In this document: positions 63,426-64,000 of the stretch, piece by piece
Numbering within the stretch: position 1 is the stretch's first letter
How the letters are laid out: every line of letters starts with the position of its first letter
Source of the DNA: an uncultured delta proteobacterium
GTDB taxonomy: Bacteria > Desulfobacterota > Desulfobaccia > Desulfobaccales > 0-14-0-80-60-11
Direction: 5' to 3'
Assembly: GCA_963812015.1 (NCBI GenBank)
Contig: CAWETI010000002.1
Span: 992,001 to 1,056,000, forward strand
DNA length: 64,000 bases
Program-made: the position numbers and the translations under genes
The notes under the pieces: model-generated
The model's input: the letters and a program-made list of their open reading frames with translations, nothing else
Told to the model about the DNA's origin: nothing
The model's database searches: none

Positions 63426-64000
63426 TCACCCCTCCAGCACGATCCCGGCGTAGCCCACGAAGCTGTCGCCGGGCATGATATCGTAGCTGGTGTAGTAGTC
63501 CGCAAGCACAGCCTTGTGGGCCCCTTCGGCGGTGGCGGCGGCCACCGCGGCCGCCGCCCCCCCGGCGCTGCAGGCGCTCTGGTCTTGGGCGGCGGTCTTG
63601 AGCATGCCGGGGCCGTCCAGTTTCAGGGCCTGGTCGATGAATTTCTTATCGTTGACTTCTTTCACCCACTTCAGCGCCTCGGGGCCGTAGCCTTTGGGGG
63701 CGAAGCCGTAGTTGGGGCCATAGTGGGAAAGGTCGGTGGACCCGAAGACCAGGATACTGACCTTCAACTCCTTAGCCACGGCGGCCACGGCCTTCCCCAA
63801 CTCCAGCGCCGCGTCCGAGTGGGGGGAGCGCAGGGCCAGGACTTTGGCCTGGGGGAAGAAATATTTGACGAAGGGGATTTGCACTTCGATGGTGTTGTCG
63901 CCGGGGTATTCTTCCCGGAGGCTGATGCGTTTAGCCAGGGGCGCATAAAATTCCGTGGCCAGGGGCAGGTCGCCCAGGGGGGTTTCCCAGGCGTCGTCGG
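63426..64000 (-). CDS. amrB: MEMO1 family protein (AmmeMemoRadiSam protein B), 5'-truncated by window edge
   Basis: WETPLG, DNTIEVQIPF, STDLSHYG, SACSAG, SFVGYA. Confidence 0.88.
   Translation of the reverse strand, partial: DDAWETPLGDLPLATEFYAPLAKRISLREEYPGDNTIEVQIPFVKYFFPQAKVLALRSPHSDAALELGKAVAAVAKELKVSILVFGSTDLSHYGPNYGFAPKGYGPEALKWVKEVNDKKFIDQALKLDGPGMLKTAAQDQSACSAGGAAAAVAAATAEGAHKAVLADYYTSYDIMPGDSFVGYAGIVLEG

Overview
Chromosomal window from a GC-rich anaerobic deltaproteobacterium (Desulfobacterota, Desulfobacca/Syntrophobacter-like; inferred from gene content). Left part: an HdrL-type flavoprotein, a selenocysteine MvhD and MetV-MetF, followed by a signalling block in which two paralogous kinase-less ACT-repeat proteins bracket two cytoplasmic PAS histidine kinases. 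Next, against the 3' end of tRNA-Pro(GGG), is an accessory TauE-AprA-like-AprB-like-Crp/Fnr operon with no sat/cysDN/qmo in the window, beside a decayed restriction-modification fragment. The rest is mostly housekeeping (EF-G2, MOSC/mog, rpoH-like, hisHF, nnr, tsaE, oppBC, csp, ispB, rimO, mltD, CIRCE-groES-groEL), with AT-rich inserts, a solitary integron cassette with attC, and several repeat families. Strongest hidden signals: (1) a CoA-transferase alpha-like gene split by an in-frame UGA with a SECIS-like hairpin (candidate unusual selenoprotein), coupled to a Nudix CoA pyrophosphatase; (2) the orphan AprAB-like module with a candidate Crp/Fnr box; (3) the ACT-repeat plus kinase regulatory block. 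No database searches were run; family assignments come from motif recognition.
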